The notes under the pieces were generated by a model. That model was not told the origin of the DNA. It saw only the letters and a program-made list of their open reading frames with translations, and made no database searches. Positions 1-11,973 of a stretch of DNA of 64,000 nt are shown one piece after another. Every line of letters begins with the position of its first letter. The stretch's first letter is position 1. This stretch comes from an uncultured delta proteobacterium (GTDB lineage: Bacteria; Desulfobacterota; Syntrophia; Syntrophales; Smithellaceae), in assembly GCA_963753975.1 (NCBI GenBank), contig CAVWEH010000004.1, positions 96,001-160,000 on the forward strand, read 5' to 3'. Position numbers and translations under genes: made by a program.

Positions 1-120
1 CAAGTCCTTTGTTCTTACGCCGGGCTTGACTTTTTCTCTGAGCTTACTTAAAACCTCGGCAACAATACGATTACTTGCCCTTGCTTTTTCAATTTCTTCC
101 GGAAGCTTCAGAATTATCAT
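1..120 (-). CDS. map: Methionine aminopeptidase, N-terminal part (runs off window)
   Basis: My translation from ATG at 120: MIILKLPEEIEKARASNRIVAEVLSKLREKVKPGVRTKDL, a typical Map N-terminus; lies downstream of secY. Confidence 0.85.
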   Translation of the reverse strand, partial: MIILKLPEEIEKARASNRIVAEVLSKLREKVKPGVRTKDL

Positions 121-152
121 TAGCTTAAATAATCCTTCGGAAAAAGCTTCCC

Positions 153-1460
153 CTATCTCCTGCGGGTAATATGTCCCTTTTTCATAAACCCTTCGTATTG
201 CCGAGTCAGTAAATGTGACTCTATCTGGCCTGCCGTATCCATAGCCACGCCAACAACAATCAAAAGAGCGGTACCGCCAAAGTAAAAAGGTATATTAAAT
301 TGACCAATTAAAATACTGGGCAATACACAGATTATGGAAACGTAAATAGCCCCGCTAAAAGTAAGCTTTTCCAAAATATCTTCTATGTATTCGGCAGTAT
401 GCTTGCCGGGTCTGATCCCCGGAACGTAGCCGCCGAACTTTTTCATATTTTCCGCCACATCATCGGGCTTAAAAGTAACTGCCGTATAAAAAAAGCAAAA
501 GAAAAAAATAAAAGCTACATATAATATTTCATAACCCAACGTGCCCGGCTTTAGATAACCGGCAACATCCTTTATCCATCCTTCCTGGGCAAAATTAGCG
601 ATTGTTGCCGGAAACATGATGACCGAAGAAGCAAAAATCGGGGGAATGACCCCTGCCGAATTTACCTTCAAGGGTAAATGCGTAGTCTGGCCGCCATACA
701 TTTTGCGTCCCACTATCCTTTTGGCGTATTGCACTGGAATACGACGCTGCCCACCTTCGACAAATACTATCGCACCCACTACTAAGATCATCATTATCGC
801 TAGCAACAGCAATATCAATATTCCTAATTCACCGGCAGTCACCAGCCTGTATGTATTGCCAATAGCCGCCGGCATGCGGCAAACAATGCCGGCGAAAATT
901 ATCAAAGATATGCCGTTGCCTATACCTTTTTCCGTTATCGTTTCGCCCAGCCACATAATAAATGCAGTTCCGGATGTCAAGGTAAGAACCGTCATAATGA
1001 TAAACGATAATCCCGGCTGTAAAACAATCGGCGCACCTGAAGGGCCCGCCATTTGTTGCAAGCCATAAGCAATGCCAAAGCCCTGTATCGTACTCAAAAT
1101 AACTGTGCCGTAACGAGTATATTGCGTAATTTTACGCCGTCCCGTTTCGCCTTCTTTCGAGAGTCTCTCTAAATGAGGCACAGCAACAGTTAATAACTGT
1201 AAAATAATGGAAGAACTGATATAGGGCATGATACCCAAGGCGAAAATCGAGAAATTACTAAAAGCGCCACCTGCAAACATGTCCATCAGGCCGAATAGAG
1301 AACCTTTAGCATGTTCGAAATAAGCGAGCAGCGCAACATTATCGATTCCCGGAGTCGGAATATAGACACCAATCCGATAAACAGCTAAAAGAAGGACGGT
1401 AAATAAAATCCTTCTTTGTAATTCCGGAATCTTGGATACGCTTCCCAGTCCTTCTAACAA
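153..1460 (-). CDS. secY: Preprotein translocase subunit SecY
   Basis: SIFALGIMPYI, GIGNGISLIIFAGI and FGGTALLIVVGVA motifs; end of spc operon. Confidence 0.99.
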   Translation of the reverse strand: MLEGLGSVSKIPELQRRILFTVLLLAVYRIGVYIPTPGIDNVALLAYFEHAKGSLFGLMDMFAGGAFSNFSIFALGIMPYISSSIILQLLTVAVPHLERLSKEGETGRRKITQYTRYGTVILSTIQGFGIAYGLQQMAGPSGAPIVLQPGLSFIIMTVLTLTSGTAFIMWLGETITEKGIGNGISLIIFAGIVCRMPAAIGNTYRLVTAGELGILILLLLAIMMILVVGAIVFVEGGQRRIPVQYAKRIVGRKMYGGQTTHLPLKVNSAGVIPPIFASSVIMFPATIANFAQEGWIKDVAGYLKPGTLGYEILYVAFIFFFCFFYTAVTFKPDDVAENMKKFGGYVPGIRPGKHTAEYIEDILEKLTFSGAIYVSIICVLPSILIGQFNIPFYFGGTALLIVVGVAMDTAGQIESHLLTRQYEGFMKKGHITRRR

Positions 1461-1461
1461 A

Positions 1462-1908
1462 TTATATTACCTCTTCTATGGAACCGCCGGCAGCTGTTAT
1501 TTTTTCTCTTGCCGCCTGACTAACTTTGGCTACTTTTAAAATAATGGGAAAATCAATATTGCCTTTAGCCAAAATTTTTATGCCGTCTTCTTTTTTCTTC
1601 ACAATACCGCTAGCCAAAAGAGCCTCTTTATCAATGATGGCGCCTTTACTGAATTTACGACATAAATCGATTAGATTTACCGCAATAAATCTTTCGCGAA
1701 AGGGATTGCGGAAACCGCGCTTAGGTAATCTCCGGGAAAGCGGCATCTGCCCTCCTTCAAAACCGGCGCGCACCTTGCCGCCGGAACGAGCCTTTTGACC
1801 CTTATCGCCACGGCCTGCTGTTTTACCCTGCCCCGAAGCGTCACCACGGCCGACTCGTTTTCTTTTTTTCGTTGCCCCGGCCGGAGACTTAAGAGAACTC
1901 AAATTCAT
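1462..1908 (-). CDS. rplO: 50S ribosomal protein L15
   Basis: RVGRG...[17 protein letters not shown] motif. Confidence 0.99.
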   Translation of the reverse strand: MNLSSLKSPAGATKKRKRVGRGDASGQGKTAGRGDKGQKARSGGKVRAGFEGGQMPLSRRLPKRGFRNPFRERFIAVNLIDLCRKFSKGAIIDKEALLASGIVKKKEDGIKILAKGNIDFPIILKVAKVSQAAREKITAAGGSIEEVI

Positions 1909-1911
1909 AAC

Positions 1912-2100
1912 CTACCCCTTGGACTCTTCTACAGAAACTAAATGGGATACCTTATTTATCATACCGCGGGTCTCTTGAGTATCGGCTAAAATCACCGCGT
2001 CATTTAATCTTTTCAAACCCATGCCACGCAGTACTTTCCTTTGCTTTTCCGGACGGCCTATTTCACTTCCCACCATTTTAATCTTTAACATTTTGGCCAC
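1912..2100 (-). CDS. rpmD: 50S ribosomal protein L30
   Basis: 62 aa, [10 protein letters not shown]; position between rpsE and rplO. Confidence 0.97.
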   Translation of the reverse strand: MAKMLKIKMVGSEIGRPEKQRKVLRGMGLKRLNDAVILADTQETRGMINKVSHLVSVEESKG

Positions 2101-2145
2101 TTTAGACTACTCCAATAAGTATCATTAATATGATCATTAATAAAA

Positions 2146-2625
2146 TTACTTCCCTCTCTGGGCGGCAATATCCGCCGGGTCTTTTAACTGACAAAGACCT
2201 TCCAGAGTGGCTTTCACTAGATTGTGTGGATTATGGGAACCGAGACATTTTGTTAAGATATTGCTAACGCCGGCAACCTCCAATACTGCTCTGACGGCGC
2301 CTCCGGCAATAAGACCTGTTCCTTCCGATGCGGGTTTTAACAATACCTTCCCCGCGCCATAACTGCCTATTACTTCGTAAGGGATCGTTCTATTGGTAAT
2401 GGCGACCTTCACCATGGTTTTTTTTGCCATATCCATGCCCTTGCGGATAGCTTCCGGCACTTCGTGCGCTTTGCCCAAACCAGCTCCAATCGTTCCCTTA
2501 CCGTCACCGACGACAACGATGGCGCTAAACCTAAACCTCCTGCCTCCCTTGACCACCTTTGCCGTCCGGTTAATGGTAATAACCCGGTCCAGGAGTTCCA
2601 CATCTTTCATTTCTTTTTTATCCAA
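2146..2625 (-). CDS. rpsE: 30S ribosomal protein S5
   Basis: [20 protein letters not shown] motif. Confidence 0.99.
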   Translation of the reverse strand: MDKKEMKDVELLDRVITINRTAKVVKGGRRFRFSAIVVVGDGKGTIGAGLGKAHEVPEAIRKGMDMAKKTMVKVAITNRTIPYEVIGSYGAGKVLLKPASEGTGLIAGGAVRAVLEVAGVSNILTKCLGSHNPHNLVKATLEGLCQLKDPADIAAQRGK

Positions 2626-2668
2626 CGGATTCTTCCCTTATCATAAGTATTATAGTAAAAAACAAAAA

Positions 2669-3034
2669 TTAAAATTTAAGACCGTTTTGCCGTGCCGCAT
2701 CGGCCAACGCTTTAACGCGACCATGATACAGAAACCTGCCTCGATCAAAAACGACTTTATTTACTCCCATTGACAGCAGACGCTCGGCAATTAATTTCCC
2801 TACTTCCGTCGCCGCATCTACTTTTTTCTTTCCCTTGATTTTCTCGGATAAATCCTTGCTCAAAGTTGAAGCTATGGCTAATGTCGCCGATTGAGTATCA
2901 TTAATGGCTTGCACATAAATATGTCTATCACTACGGAATACGGAAAGACGAGGCCGCTCCTTTGTTCCGATGATTTTGCCTCTTACTCTTTTTTCTCTTC
3001 TTGTTCTAATTTTTAATGTTTTTTTGGAAGCCAA
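2669..3034 (-). CDS. rplR: 50S ribosomal protein L18
   Basis: [31 protein letters not shown]. Confidence 0.99.
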   Translation of the reverse strand: MASKKTLKIRTRREKRVRGKIIGTKERPRLSVFRSDRHIYVQAINDTQSATLAIASTLSKDLSEKIKGKKKVDAATEVGKLIAERLLSMGVNKVVFDRGRFLYHGRVKALADAARQNGLKF

Positions 3035-3083
3035 TCTTCTACCTCATTTAACGGCTAAATAAAATTTCGTATGTTTAATTAGA

Positions 3084-3623
3084 TCAGGCGCTCACCGACT
3101 TGCCGGCCTTGCGCTTGATGTACTCACCAACATACTTGATACCCTTGCCTTTATAAGGCTCTGGCTTTTTCAATGCTCGGATTTCCGCTGCCACGCGGCC
3201 AACCAGTTGCTTATCAATACCGGAAATCGAAATATTTATTTGTTTATCCACCTTAACCTCAATTCCTTTGGGAATATTGTACTGTGTCGGACTGGAAAAC
3301 CCCAGAATCAACTTCAGGTTGCTTCCACTCACTTCGGCGCGATAGCCGACTCCCGATATTTCCAATCTTTTTTCGAAACCGTTGCTCACCCCATTTACCA
3401 TGTTGCCGATTAGTGATCTGGCTAAACCATGATAAGACCGGACAAGACGTTCGTCCGATTTTCTGGCGATAACCAAACTGCCGTCCGCAATGGCCATAGT
3501 TATCCCCTCGGGTAATTTCGACGATAATGCTCCTTTGGGTCCTTCCACTTTTACAATACCGTCACTTTGGCTGATTTTAACATTTTTCGGAAAAGTGATC
3601 GGCTTTTTACCTATTCTCGACAT
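3084..3623 (-). CDS. rplF: 50S ribosomal protein L6
   Basis: Start trimmed to MSRIGKKPI; PEPYKGKGIKY motif. Confidence 0.99.
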   Translation of the reverse strand: MSRIGKKPITFPKNVKISQSDGIVKVEGPKGALSSKLPEGITMAIADGSLVIARKSDERLVRSYHGLARSLIGNMVNGVSNGFEKRLEISGVGYRAEVSGSNLKLILGFSSPTQYNIPKGIEVKVDKQINISISGIDKQLVGRVAAEIRALKKPEPYKGKGIKYVGEYIKRKAGKSVSA

Positions 3624-3658
3624 TAACAAGCTCTCCCGCTGAACATCATTTGTTCCAA

Positions 3659-4060
3659 TTACCAAACTTTACAAAGAATTTCTCCGCCGACATTCAACTC
3701 CCTGGCTTCCTGATCAGTAATAACGCCGTGGGAAGTGGAAAGAACAGAGATACCAAAACCGTTCAAAACTTTAGGAATACTATCGGAGGCCACATAAACT
3801 CTGCGTCCCGGTTTGCTCACCCTTTTAATATCTGTAATAACGGCACGCTTGGTATCGGGGTATTTCAACATTATTTTTAACATCTGCTGGCCTTTTTCAT
3901 CTTTTACATTATCGTAGCTATTGATATATCCAGCCTTTTTCAATACTTTAGCAATATTGATATTCATCTGAGACGCATAAACGTTGACACTCTTAAACCG
4001 CGCCTTATTCGCATTTCTGATTCTCGTCAGCATATCGGCAATAGGATCGGTCATCCCCAT
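3659..4060 (-). CDS. rpsH: 30S ribosomal protein S8
   Basis: DPIADMLTRIRNA, SKPGRRVY. Confidence 0.99.
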   Translation of the reverse strand: MGMTDPIADMLTRIRNANKARFKSVNVYASQMNINIAKVLKKAGYINSYDNVKDEKGQQMLKIMLKYPDTKRAVITDIKRVSKPGRRVYVASDSIPKVLNGFGISVLSTSHGVITDQEARELNVGGEILCKVW

Positions 4061-4082
4061 GCTTTTTCTCCTTAATTCAAAT

Positions 4083-4268
4083 TCACCAACTCGATTTTAT
4101 TACGCCCGGAAGCTCTCCCTGTAAGGAAAGTTTCCGCAAACAAATTCTGCACATATCAAATTTTCTATAATACGCGCGCGGCCGGCCGCATAGCGGGCAG
4201 CGGTTATATTCTCTTACCGAAAATTTCATTTTTCTTTTCGCTTTCGCAATTAATGACTTCTTGGCCAC
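4083..4268 (-). CDS. rpsN: 30S ribosomal protein S14, short Zn-binding type
   Basis: 61 aa with CPLC and CRIC motifs. Confidence 0.98.
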   Translation of the reverse strand: MAKKSLIAKAKRKMKFSVREYNRCPLCGRPRAYYRKFDMCRICLRKLSLQGELPGVIKSSW

Positions 4269-4294
4269 GCTAAATCCCTCCGGAGATTCCTCTT

Positions 4295-4834
4295 CTAATT
4301 CTTAAAAGGCACACCCATCAGTTTCAATAAAATCCTCGCCTCTTCATCAGTTTTCGCAGTAGTCACGATTGTGATGTTCATTCCTTTGATTTTTTCCACC
4401 TTATCGTATTCAATTTCCGGGAATATTATTTGTTCCTGCAAACCGATAGAAAAATTTCCCCTGCCGTCAAACGCATTAGGCGATATACCGCGAAAATCTC
4501 TTACCTTAGGTAAGGCAACATTTACCAAACGGTCAAAAAACTCATACATGATTTCTTTTCTTAAGGTAACCGAGCAGCCGATCGGCATTCCCTGTCTTAA
4601 TTTAAAGGTAGCTATGGATTTCTTGGCCTTAGTTACTACAGGTTTTTGTCCGGTAATCATAGCCATTTCTTGCACGGCACCATCAATAATTTTTGCGTTT
4701 TGAGTCGCTTCGCCCAGACCCATGTTAATGACAATTTTTTCCATCTTGGGCACTTGCATTGGATTTTTGTAATTAAATTCCTCAATCAGGGCCGGAACTA
4801 CTTTTTTTAAATAATAATCTTTTAATCTTGCCAT
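4295..4834 (-). CDS. rplE: 50S ribosomal protein L5
   Basis: [24 protein letters not shown]. Confidence 0.99.
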   Translation of the reverse strand: MARLKDYYLKKVVPALIEEFNYKNPMQVPKMEKIVINMGLGEATQNAKIIDGAVQEMAMITGQKPVVTKAKKSIATFKLRQGMPIGCSVTLRKEIMYEFFDRLVNVALPKVRDFRGISPNAFDGRGNFSIGLQEQIIFPEIEYDKVEKIKGMNITIVTTAKTDEEARILLKLMGVPFKN

Positions 4835-4840
4835 TTTCCC

Positions 4841-5164
4841 TTAACCTACGCTGATTACGTCATTACATTTGCTGCAAATGCGTACCTTCTTCCCATCTTC
4901 GAGCAACTTATTTCTCACTCTAACGGCAGTGTTGCATTTATTGCATAATAAACCGACTTTAGAGATATGGATTGAGCTTTCTTTTTCCACGACACCGCCC
5001 TTGGTTTTCTGATCTGGTCTTTTATGTTTTTTGATAAGATTAATTTTTTCTATGATTATTCTTTCCTTAGCGGGTATAGTCTTCAGTATTTTGCCGGTTT
5101 TCCCCTTATCTTTACCGGTAAGAACTTTAACCATATCGCCCTTTTTAAATTTATTTAACCCCAT
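4841..5164 (-). CDS. rplX: 50S ribosomal protein L24
   Basis: KOW motif KKGDMVKVLTGKDKGKTG. Confidence 0.98.
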   Translation of the reverse strand: MGLNKFKKGDMVKVLTGKDKGKTGKILKTIPAKERIIIEKINLIKKHKRPDQKTKGGVVEKESSIHISKVGLLCNKCNTAVRVRNKLLEDGKKVRICSKCNDVISVG

Positions 5165-5183
5165 TTTTTCCCTCGTCTTACTC

Positions 5184-5552
5184 TTACAAAACCTCTGGCG
5201 CCAGAGATATAATTTTCATGAACTGTTTCGCTCTCAACTCACGGGCAACCGGACCGAAAATCCTCGTTCCCACAGGCTCCAGTTGGTTGGAAATCAAAAC
5301 AGCGGAATTATCGTCAAATTTCAGATACGAGCCGTCCGACCTTTTTACTTCCTTCACTGTACGCACAATGACTGCCTTCATCACGTCGCCTTTTTTTACC
5401 TTGGAGTTGGGAATCGATTCTTTTACCGAGACGACAATTACATCGCCCAAACTGGCATAGCGACGCTTCGATCCACCAAGCACCTTAATGCAGGCAACCT
5501 TCTTCGCACCGGAATTATCCGCAACATTCAATATGGTTTGCATCTGAATCAT
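5184..5552 (-). CDS. rplN: 50S ribosomal protein L14
   Basis: Start trimmed to [26 protein letters not shown]. Confidence 0.99.
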   Translation of the reverse strand: MIQMQTILNVADNSGAKKVACIKVLGGSKRRYASLGDVIVVSVKESIPNSKVKKGDVMKAVIVRTVKEVKRSDGSYLKFDDNSAVLISNQLEPVGTRIFGPVARELRAKQFMKIISLAPEVL

Positions 5553-5571
5553 AAAAAAACTCCATCCAACC

Positions 5572-5829
5572 CTATTTCGCCCGCTCCATAATTTCCAGCA
5601 TGCGCCATCGCTTTTCTTCGCTGAGCGGCCGCGCCTCAATAATCAGTACGGTATCACCGACCTTACACTGGTTTTGCTCATCATGGGCTTTGTATTTCAT
5701 ATGTCGGCGCACATATTTGTGAAAAACGGAATGCTTTACCAAACGTTCGGCTTTTACTACGATGGTCTTATCCATCTTGTTGCTTATTACTACGCCCTTA
5801 ATCGTGCGCTTATTCCCATGCTCACCCAT
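5572..5829 (-). CDS. rpsQ: 30S ribosomal protein S17
   Basis: [21 protein letters not shown]. Confidence 0.98.
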   Translation of the reverse strand: MGEHGNKRTIKGVVISNKMDKTIVVKAERLVKHSVFHKYVRRHMKYKAHDEQNQCKVGDTVLIIEARPLSEEKRWRMLEIMERAK

Positions 5830-5830
5830 G

Positions 5831-6025
5831 TTAACTTGCAGCCTCCTTTGTTTTCAGTACCGTTTTAATGCGAGCTATGTCCTTACGGATTTTTCCGAGC
5901 ATTGCCGTCGATTCCAATTGGTCTGACGCATGACGAATTCGCAGCCGAAAAAGTTCTTCCACCAATTCACTATTTTTTTGTTTGAGTTCTTCAATTCCCA
6001 GATCTCTGATTTCCTTAAATTTCAT
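5831..6025 (-). CDS. rpmC: 50S ribosomal protein L29
   Basis: RKDIARIKT; operon position. Confidence 0.97.
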   Translation of the reverse strand: MKFKEIRDLGIEELKQKNSELVEELFRLRIRHASDQLESTAMLGKIRKDIARIKTVLKTKEAAS

Positions 6026-6437
6026 CAGATATCTCCCTCGCTAAAAACTTTGTAGGGATAGGCAGCTTATGCGCTGCCAGGCGAAATGCTTCTTTAGCCA
6101 CTTCCCTGGTTACGCCTTCCATCTCATAGAGGACAGAGCCCGGTTTAACTACGGCTACCCATCCTTCAGGCGCGCCTTTTCCTTTGCCCATGCGCGTTTC
6201 GGCCGGCTTCTTGGTGACCGGCTTATGAGGATAAACCCTGATCCAAATCTTGCCGCCGCGTTTCACATGACGAGTCATTGCGATACGTGCTGCTTCAATT
6301 TGTCTGGCAGTAATCCAGCCGCATTCTGCCGCTAGCAATCCGTAATCGCCAAAAGCAATCGAACTGCCCCTTGTTGCCTTGCCTCCCATGCGGCCTTTTT
6401 GCATCTTTCTATATTTTACCCTCTTCGGCATTAACAT
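6015..6437 (-). CDS. rplP: 50S ribosomal protein L16
   Basis: [20 protein letters not shown]. Confidence 0.99.
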   Translation of the reverse strand: MLMPKRVKYRKMQKGRMGGKATRGSSIAFGDYGLLAAECGWITARQIEAARIAMTRHVKRGGKIWIRVYPHKPVTKKPAETRMGKGKGAPEGWVAVVKPGSVLYEMEGVTREVAKEAFRLAAHKLPIPTKFLAREISDEI

Positions 6438-6509
6438 AATCTAAAACTCCGATACCCTTACAACTATTTTTTATTCGATATATGCCGGATAAATAATCCG
6501 GTAAGATAC

Positions 6510-7154
6510 TTATTGTTTTTCGTTCTTCGACGGCAATACTTCTCCATGGAAAATTAACACTTTAACCCCGATCAAACCGTAGGCCGTATGGGCTTCAATA
6601 AAACCATAATCAATGTCGGCACGCAGAGTGTGCAGGGGCACTCGACCTTCCCTATACCATTCGGATCGCGACATTTCCGCACCGCCGAGTCTTCCGGAAC
6701 ATTGAATCTTAATTCCCTTTGCCCCAAATTTCAGGGCATAGCCAACGCATTTTTTCATAGCTCGACGAAAGGCCACTCTTCTTTCCAATTGCATGGCAAC
6801 ATTTTCGGCAACTAATTGGGCATCCACTTCCGGTTTACGCACTTCTAAAATATTTATTATAATTTCTGACTCAGTAAATTTTTCCGTATCGGCTTTCAGC
6901 TTCTCGATTTCCGAACCTTTTTTACCTATAATCACACCGGGCCTAGCCGAGTAAATATTTACCTTAGCCTTATTAGCTGCGCGTTCAATTTCGATTTTGG
7001 AAATACCGGCATGATAAAGCTTCTTCTTGAGGTATTTTCTAATTTGTACATCCTCATGTAACATTTCACTGTAATTCTTATCGGCAAACCAAACTGATTG
7101 CCATTTTTTAATATAGCCTAATCGTAATCCTACCGGGTTAACCTTCTGACCCAA
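6510..7154 (-). CDS. rpsC: 30S ribosomal protein S3
   Basis: [22 protein letters not shown]. Confidence 0.99.
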   Translation of the reverse strand: MGQKVNPVGLRLGYIKKWQSVWFADKNYSEMLHEDVQIRKYLKKKLYHAGISKIEIERAANKAKVNIYSARPGVIIGKKGSEIEKLKADTEKFTESEIIINILEVRKPEVDAQLVAENVAMQLERRVAFRRAMKKCVGYALKFGAKGIKIQCSGRLGGAEMSRSEWYREGRVPLHTLRADIDYGFIEAHTAYGLIGVKVLIFHGEVLPSKNEKQ

Positions 7155-7166
7155 TATCGTACCTCC

Positions 7167-7499
7167 TTACATTTCATCCAAGACAACTGTAATATGTGTA
7201 GTTCTTTTCTTAATTCCTGCCGCTCTTCCCTGAGCTCTTGCCCGCCAACGCTTTAATGCCGGTCCCTGATCAACAAATATTTCTTTCACATAAAGAATAT
7301 TTTCATCAATATTAGGATTCTGGGTGGCATTGGCCAGAGCTGATTTAAGAACCTTAGCCACAATACCTGCCGCATACTTTCTGGTGTAAAGAAGGATATT
7401 CTTGGCTTCCTGCACCTTCTTTCCCCTTACCAAATCAACCACCAGCATGACTTTCTGCGGCGACATCCTTATATATTTTGCAACTGCTTTTGCTTCCAT
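7167..7499 (-). CDS. rplV: 50S ribosomal protein L22
   Basis: [18 protein letters not shown]. Confidence 0.99.
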   Translation of the reverse strand: MEAKAVAKYIRMSPQKVMLVVDLVRGKKVQEAKNILLYTRKYAAGIVAKVLKSALANATQNPNIDENILYVKEIFVDQGPALKRWRARAQGRAAGIKKRTTHITVVLDEM

Positions 7500-7539
7500 G
7501 TTAAATCAACTCCAAACTTATCCAGCCCAGCTCAAACAA

Positions 7540-7866
7540 CTAAGTAGTAGTAGTGGTTGTTGCAGCAGCGGCTGTGGTACCGGTGGTGGTACGGACTTTT
7601 GTTTTTCGGTCACCGGAATGCGAATAAAAAGTCCTCGTCGGTGCAAACTCTCCGAGCTTATGCCCTACCATATTCTCAGTCACATACACGGGAATAAACT
7701 TTTTCCCATTATGGACGGCGAACGTGTAACCAATGAGTTCCGGCGTTATCGTTGAGCGCCGCGACCAAGTCTTAATGATATTCTTGCTGCCTTCGGTCTC
7801 CATTTTCCTGACTCTCGCGAGCAGCCTTTCTTCAATATATGGACCTTTCTTGATCGAACGTGCCAC
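7540..7866 (-). CDS. rpsS: 30S ribosomal protein S19 with Thr/Ala-rich C-terminal tail
   Basis: [22 protein letters not shown]. Confidence 0.98.
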   Translation of the reverse strand: MARSIKKGPYIEERLLARVRKMETEGSKNIIKTWSRRSTITPELIGYTFAVHNGKKFIPVYVTENMVGHKLGEFAPTRTFYSHSGDRKTKVRTTTGTTAAAATTTTTT

Positions 7867-7872
7867 GTTTTC

Positions 7873-8694
7873 TTAATCCCTTCTCTTCACAATATATTTA
7901 TCGGTTCTCTTATTTTTCCGCGTTTTGTGACCTTTTGTCGGTATGCCCCAAGGTGTACAGGGATGCCGGCCACCGGAAGATTTACCTTCGCCACCACCCA
8001 TCGGATGGTCAACCGGATTCATCACAACGCCGCGAACATGAGGCCTTTTACCGAGCCAGCGGCTACGACCGGCTTTGCCAATACTGATGTTTTCGTGTTC
8101 ATTATTGCCAACTTGCCCGATAGTTGCCATACACTCAATAAATACTTTGCGTACTTCACCTGACGGAAGCCTTACCTGAGCGTAACTGCCCTCTTTCGCC
8201 ATTAACTGTCCATAGGCTCCGGCCGAACGTATTAACTGTCCGCCACGGCCGACTTTCAACTCCACGTTATGAATTAATGAGCCCAAAGGAATATATCTTA
8301 AAGGAACGGCATTCCCGGGTTTAATATCCGCCTTCTCACCACTGATTATAGTATCTCCGACATTGACCTGCGCAGGTGCGACAATATATCTTTTTTCACC
8401 GTCGCGATAATTGACGAGCGCTATTCTGGCTGTCCTGTTCGGATCATACTCGATGGCGGCGACTTTTGCCGGGATATCGGTTTTACTGCGGCAAAAATCT
8501 ATGATGCGATATTTTCTTTTATGACCGCCGCCGATATGGCGCATTGTAATCCTTCCATAACTATTGCGCCCACCCGTTTTCTTCAGCGGCTGCACAAGTC
8601 TTTTCACCGGCTCGGCGGAAGTAATTTCCGCGAAATCGGCGACGCTCTGAAATCTTCTTCCTGCCGATGTCGGCTTGTATTTAATAATTCCCAT
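7873..8694 (-). CDS. rplB: 50S ribosomal protein L2
   Basis: [20 protein letters not shown]. Confidence 0.99.
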   Translation of the reverse strand: MGIIKYKPTSAGRRFQSVADFAEITSAEPVKRLVQPLKKTGGRNSYGRITMRHIGGGHKRKYRIIDFCRSKTDIPAKVAAIEYDPNRTARIALVNYRDGEKRYIVAPAQVNVGDTIISGEKADIKPGNAVPLRYIPLGSLIHNVELKVGRGGQLIRSAGAYGQLMAKEGSYAQVRLPSGEVRKVFIECMATIGQVGNNEHENISIGKAGRSRWLGKRPHVRGVVMNPVDHPMGGGEGKSSGGRHPCTPWGIPTKGHKTRKNKRTDKYIVKRRD

Positions 8695-8717
8695 TTGCTA
8701 ATCCTTAAACCCTTATT

Positions 8718-9005
8718 CTATGCGCCTTCGGAAATTTCAATGCGATTACCGGCAACCAACGTCACGATTGCTTTCTTCCAGGAACTCTTTTGTCCGATCA
8801 CCCGGCCCAGTCTTTTCTTTTTTCCTAAGACGTGCATGATACGGATATCAGCAACCTTGACTTTAAAAAGCTTTTCCACCGCTGCGCTTATTTCTATTTT
8901 ATTTGCCCTACGATCAACCTCAAAAAAATATTTATTCTCTTTATCCCGCGCTACGGTGCTCTTTTCTGTAATTAACATTTTTTTAATAATCTGATGTACT
9001 TCCAT
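8718..9005 (-). CDS. rplW: 50S ribosomal protein L23
   Basis: ITEKS, WKKAIVTL. Confidence 0.98.
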   Translation of the reverse strand: MEVHQIIKKMLITEKSTVARDKENKYFFEVDRRANKIEISAAVEKLFKVKVADIRIMHVLGKKKRLGRVIGQKSSWKKAIVTLVAGNRIEISEGA

Positions 9006-9628
9006 TATTTAAGCAACGCTCCCTCTAGCTTCTTGATGGAAGGCTCCAGAAGGACCAAATGTTCATGATTTAAGATATCATAAACGTTAATACCTTCCGA
9101 CCTGATCATTTTAATGCTTTTTATATTTCGTGACGATTTCTGCAAAGTAATATCATTATCGGCTAAAACAAAAAGTGCTTTTTTTAAATCGAAGAGGTCA
9201 ACAACACTTTTAAATGCGCGGGTGCTGATCTTTTCCATCGGAAAATCTTTGAGAATCAGCATTTTATCTTGTTTGAGCTTCATACTCAGCGCGCTGATCA
9301 CCGCTTTTTTACGCACTTTTTTCGGTATGCTGTAAGCAAAATCGCGGGGATGAGGTCCAAAGACAATTCCTCCGCCTCGCCACAGCGGCGATCTTGTCGT
9401 TCCGGCCCTCGCTCTTCCGGTTCCTTTTTGCCGCCAAGGCTTTTTCCCGCCTCCGCTGACATCGTGCCTGGTTTTCGTAGAGGCAGTGCCGGACCGCCGT
9501 GAAGCCAATTGCATTTTAACGACGTCGTGTACAATCGCTTCGTTGACTTCCGCGCCAAATACAGCGTCATTTAACTCAACTTTGGCGACTTTCTTTTTCT
9601 TAATATTGTAAACATCTGCGACTGCCAT
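9005..9628 (-). CDS. rplD: 50S ribosomal protein L4
   Basis: KPWRQKGTGRARAG. Confidence 0.99.
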   Translation of the reverse strand: MAVADVYNIKKKKVAKVELNDAVFGAEVNEAIVHDVVKMQLASRRSGTASTKTRHDVSGGGKKPWRQKGTGRARAGTTRSPLWRGGGIVFGPHPRDFAYSIPKKVRKKAVISALSMKLKQDKMLILKDFPMEKISTRAFKSVVDLFDLKKALFVLADNDITLQKSSRNIKSIKMIRSEGINVYDILNHEHLVLLEPSIKKLEGALLK

Positions 9629-9645
9629 TTTATATCTCCAGCGAC

Positions 9646-10281
9646 TTATGCGCTTTTTTTCCTGGCTTCCTTAATCAATACAAAACCATTTTTACTGCCG
9701 GGAATCGAACCTCTTAACAAGATTAAATTTCTATCGGCACGAACCTGCCAAACCTGCAAATTCTGGACAGTTTTACGAACATTGCCCATATGACCGCCCA
9801 TCTTTGTACCTTTAAACACGCGTGATGGATCAGCGCTGGCACCTATCGATCCGGGAGCTCGATGGAACATCGAACCGTGCGTAGCCCTACCGCCGCGGAA
9901 ACCATGTCTTTTCACGACACCGGCAAAGCCTTTACCCTTGGAAGTTCCGACGACGTCGACAAAATCGCCGGCTTTAAATATATCTGCTGTAATTTCCTGT
10001 CCAATTTCATGCTTACCTGATTGTGCGGGGAATTCTTTTAGAAAACGAAAATACCCTTTTTTTGCCTTATCGAAGTGACCCTGGAGAGGCTTGATTACAT
10101 TTTTCTGCTTTTTTCTACCATAACCTAGCTGAATTGCATCGTACCCATCTTTATCTTTCGCTTTTACCTGAACGATAATGGACGGCTCAACTTCAATAGC
10201 AGTAACACCGACGGCAGCTCCGTCATCGGCAAATACCTGAGTCATTCCCAATTTTTTTCCAATGATTCCCTTGTTCATCAC
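9646..10281 (-). CDS. rplC: 50S ribosomal protein L3
   Basis: GKKLGMTQVF, SKGKGFAGVVKRH. Confidence 0.99.
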   Translation of the reverse strand: MMNKGIIGKKLGMTQVFADDGAAVGVTAIEVEPSIIVQVKAKDKDGYDAIQLGYGRKKQKNVIKPLQGHFDKAKKGYFRFLKEFPAQSGKHEIGQEITADIFKAGDFVDVVGTSKGKGFAGVVKRHGFRGGRATHGSMFHRAPGSIGASADPSRVFKGTKMGGHMGNVRKTVQNLQVWQVRADRNLILLRGSIPGSKNGFVLIKEARKKSA

Positions 10282-10374
10282 TACCCAACTTTTTTAATAA
10301 ATATAAAGCCAATAATCTCCATTGGGGAGAATGGCGGTAATCCTTACCATCTTCCAACGCCTAATACAAAATGC

Positions 10375-10683
10375 CTAAGCTTTTATCTCCACATCCACTC
10401 CGGCGGAAAGATCTAATTTCATCAGAGCATCCACCGTGGCTTGCGTAGGCTCTACAATATCAATTAATCTTTTATGTGTTCTGATTTCAAACTGCTCGCG
10501 GGATTTTTTATCCACGTGCGGTGAGCGATTTACGCAATACTTATTGATTTCCGTAGGGATAGGTATAGGACCGGCAACACGTGCGCCAGTCCTTTTTGCA
10601 GTTTCCACTATTTCTTCTACCGAGCGATCCAATAGTTTATAATCGTAAGCTTTGAGACGAATTCTAATCTTTTGTTCTTTCAT
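10375..10683 (-). CDS. rpsJ: 30S ribosomal protein S10
   Basis: [22 protein letters not shown]. Confidence 0.99.
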   Translation of the reverse strand: MKEQKIRIRLKAYDYKLLDRSVEEIVETAKRTGARVAGPIPIPTEINKYCVNRSPHVDKKSREQFEIRTHKRLIDIVEPTQATVDALMKLDLSAGVDVEIKA

Positions 10684-10708
10684 TGAACGGATAACCTATT
10701 CCCTGTGT

Positions 10709-11902
10709 TTATTCAATAATTTTGCTTACGACTCCGGCGCCTACTGTTTTTCCACCCTCGCGGATAGCAAATCTCAGTTGCTCTTCCATAGCAATGGGCG
10801 TAATCAATTCCACTGTCATTTTAACATTATCACCGGGCATAACCATTTCCACGCCAGCCGGCAGCGTAGCCACGCCGGTCACATCGGTTGTCCGGAAATA
10901 GAACTGCGGCCGATACCCGGAAAAGAAGGGCGTATGTCTGCCGCCTTCCTCTTTCGTTAAAATGTAAACAGCCGCTTCAAATTTCGTATGTGGAGTAATC
11001 GAACCGGGTTTGGCTATAACCTGGCCTCTTTCCACTTCTTCACGTTTAATACCTCTTAAAAGCAGACCGACATCGTCACCGGCACGACCTTCATCGAGGG
11101 TCTTACGGAACATTTCCACGCCGGTAACAACCGTTTTGATCGTTGGTTTGATTCCGATAATTTCCACTTCTTCGCCAACCTTGACAATGCCTCTGTCTAC
11201 TCTACCGGTAACCACAGTGCCACGGCCGGAAATGGTGAAAACGTCTCCCACCGGCATAAGAAAGGGTTTTTCCGTATCACGTTTCGGTTCCGGAATGTAG
11301 TTATCCACGGCATCCATAAGCTGCCAGATGGATTTGGCATCAGGCGAATCAGGATCGTCCGTCTCCAATGCTTTTAGTGCTGAACCGCGAATAATGGGAA
11401 TTTTGTCGCCGGGGAATTCATATTGATTTAAAAGTTCTCTTAATTCGAGTTCTACCAGGTCGAGAAGTTCAGGATCATCAACCAAATCCACTTTATTAAG
11501 ATAAACGACAATATAAGGAACCTGAACCTGTCGGGCAAGGAGGATATGTTCTCTGGTTTGAGGCATAGGACCGTCGGAAGCGGCAACAACAAGGATAGTT
11601 CCATCCATATGAGCAGCGCCGGAAATCATATTCTTAATATAGTCGGCGTGACCGGGACAATCCACGTGAGCATAGTGCCTTTTTGCCGTTTCATATTCCA
11701 CGTGGGAAATATTGATCGTAACTCCTCTTTCTTTTTCTTCGGGAGCATTATCAATGGAATCGAAAGGTCTGAATTCAGCAAGACCTTTCTTAGCTAAATG
11801 TTTGGTAATAGCTGCCGTTAGTGTTGTCTTACCGTGGTCAACGTGACCGATTGTTCCGATATTTAAATGCGGCTTAGTCCTTTCAAATTTTTTCTTAGCC
11901 AT
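10709..11902 (-). CDS. tuf: Elongation factor Tu
   Basis: [21 protein letters not shown] GTPase motifs. Confidence 0.99.
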   Translation of the reverse strand: MAKKKFERTKPHLNIGTIGHVDHGKTTLTAAITKHLAKKGLAEFRPFDSIDNAPEEKERGVTINISHVEYETAKRHYAHVDCPGHADYIKNMISGAAHMDGTILVVAASDGPMPQTREHILLARQVQVPYIVVYLNKVDLVDDPELLDLVELELRELLNQYEFPGDKIPIIRGSALKALETDDPDSPDAKSIWQLMDAVDNYIPEPKRDTEKPFLMPVGDVFTISGRGTVVTGRVDRGIVKVGEEVEIIGIKPTIKTVVTGVEMFRKTLDEGRAGDDVGLLLRGIKREEVERGQVIAKPGSITPHTKFEAAVYILTKEEGGRHTPFFSGYRPQFYFRTTDVTGVATLPAGVEMVMPGDNVKMTVELITPIAMEEQLRFAIREGGKTVGAGVVSKIIE

Positions 11903-11973
11903 GTCAATTTACCTCCTTAACTTTCAGTGGTTACTGTTCTTGTCGTTTAAGTATTATTTCCTTATTTAGCATA

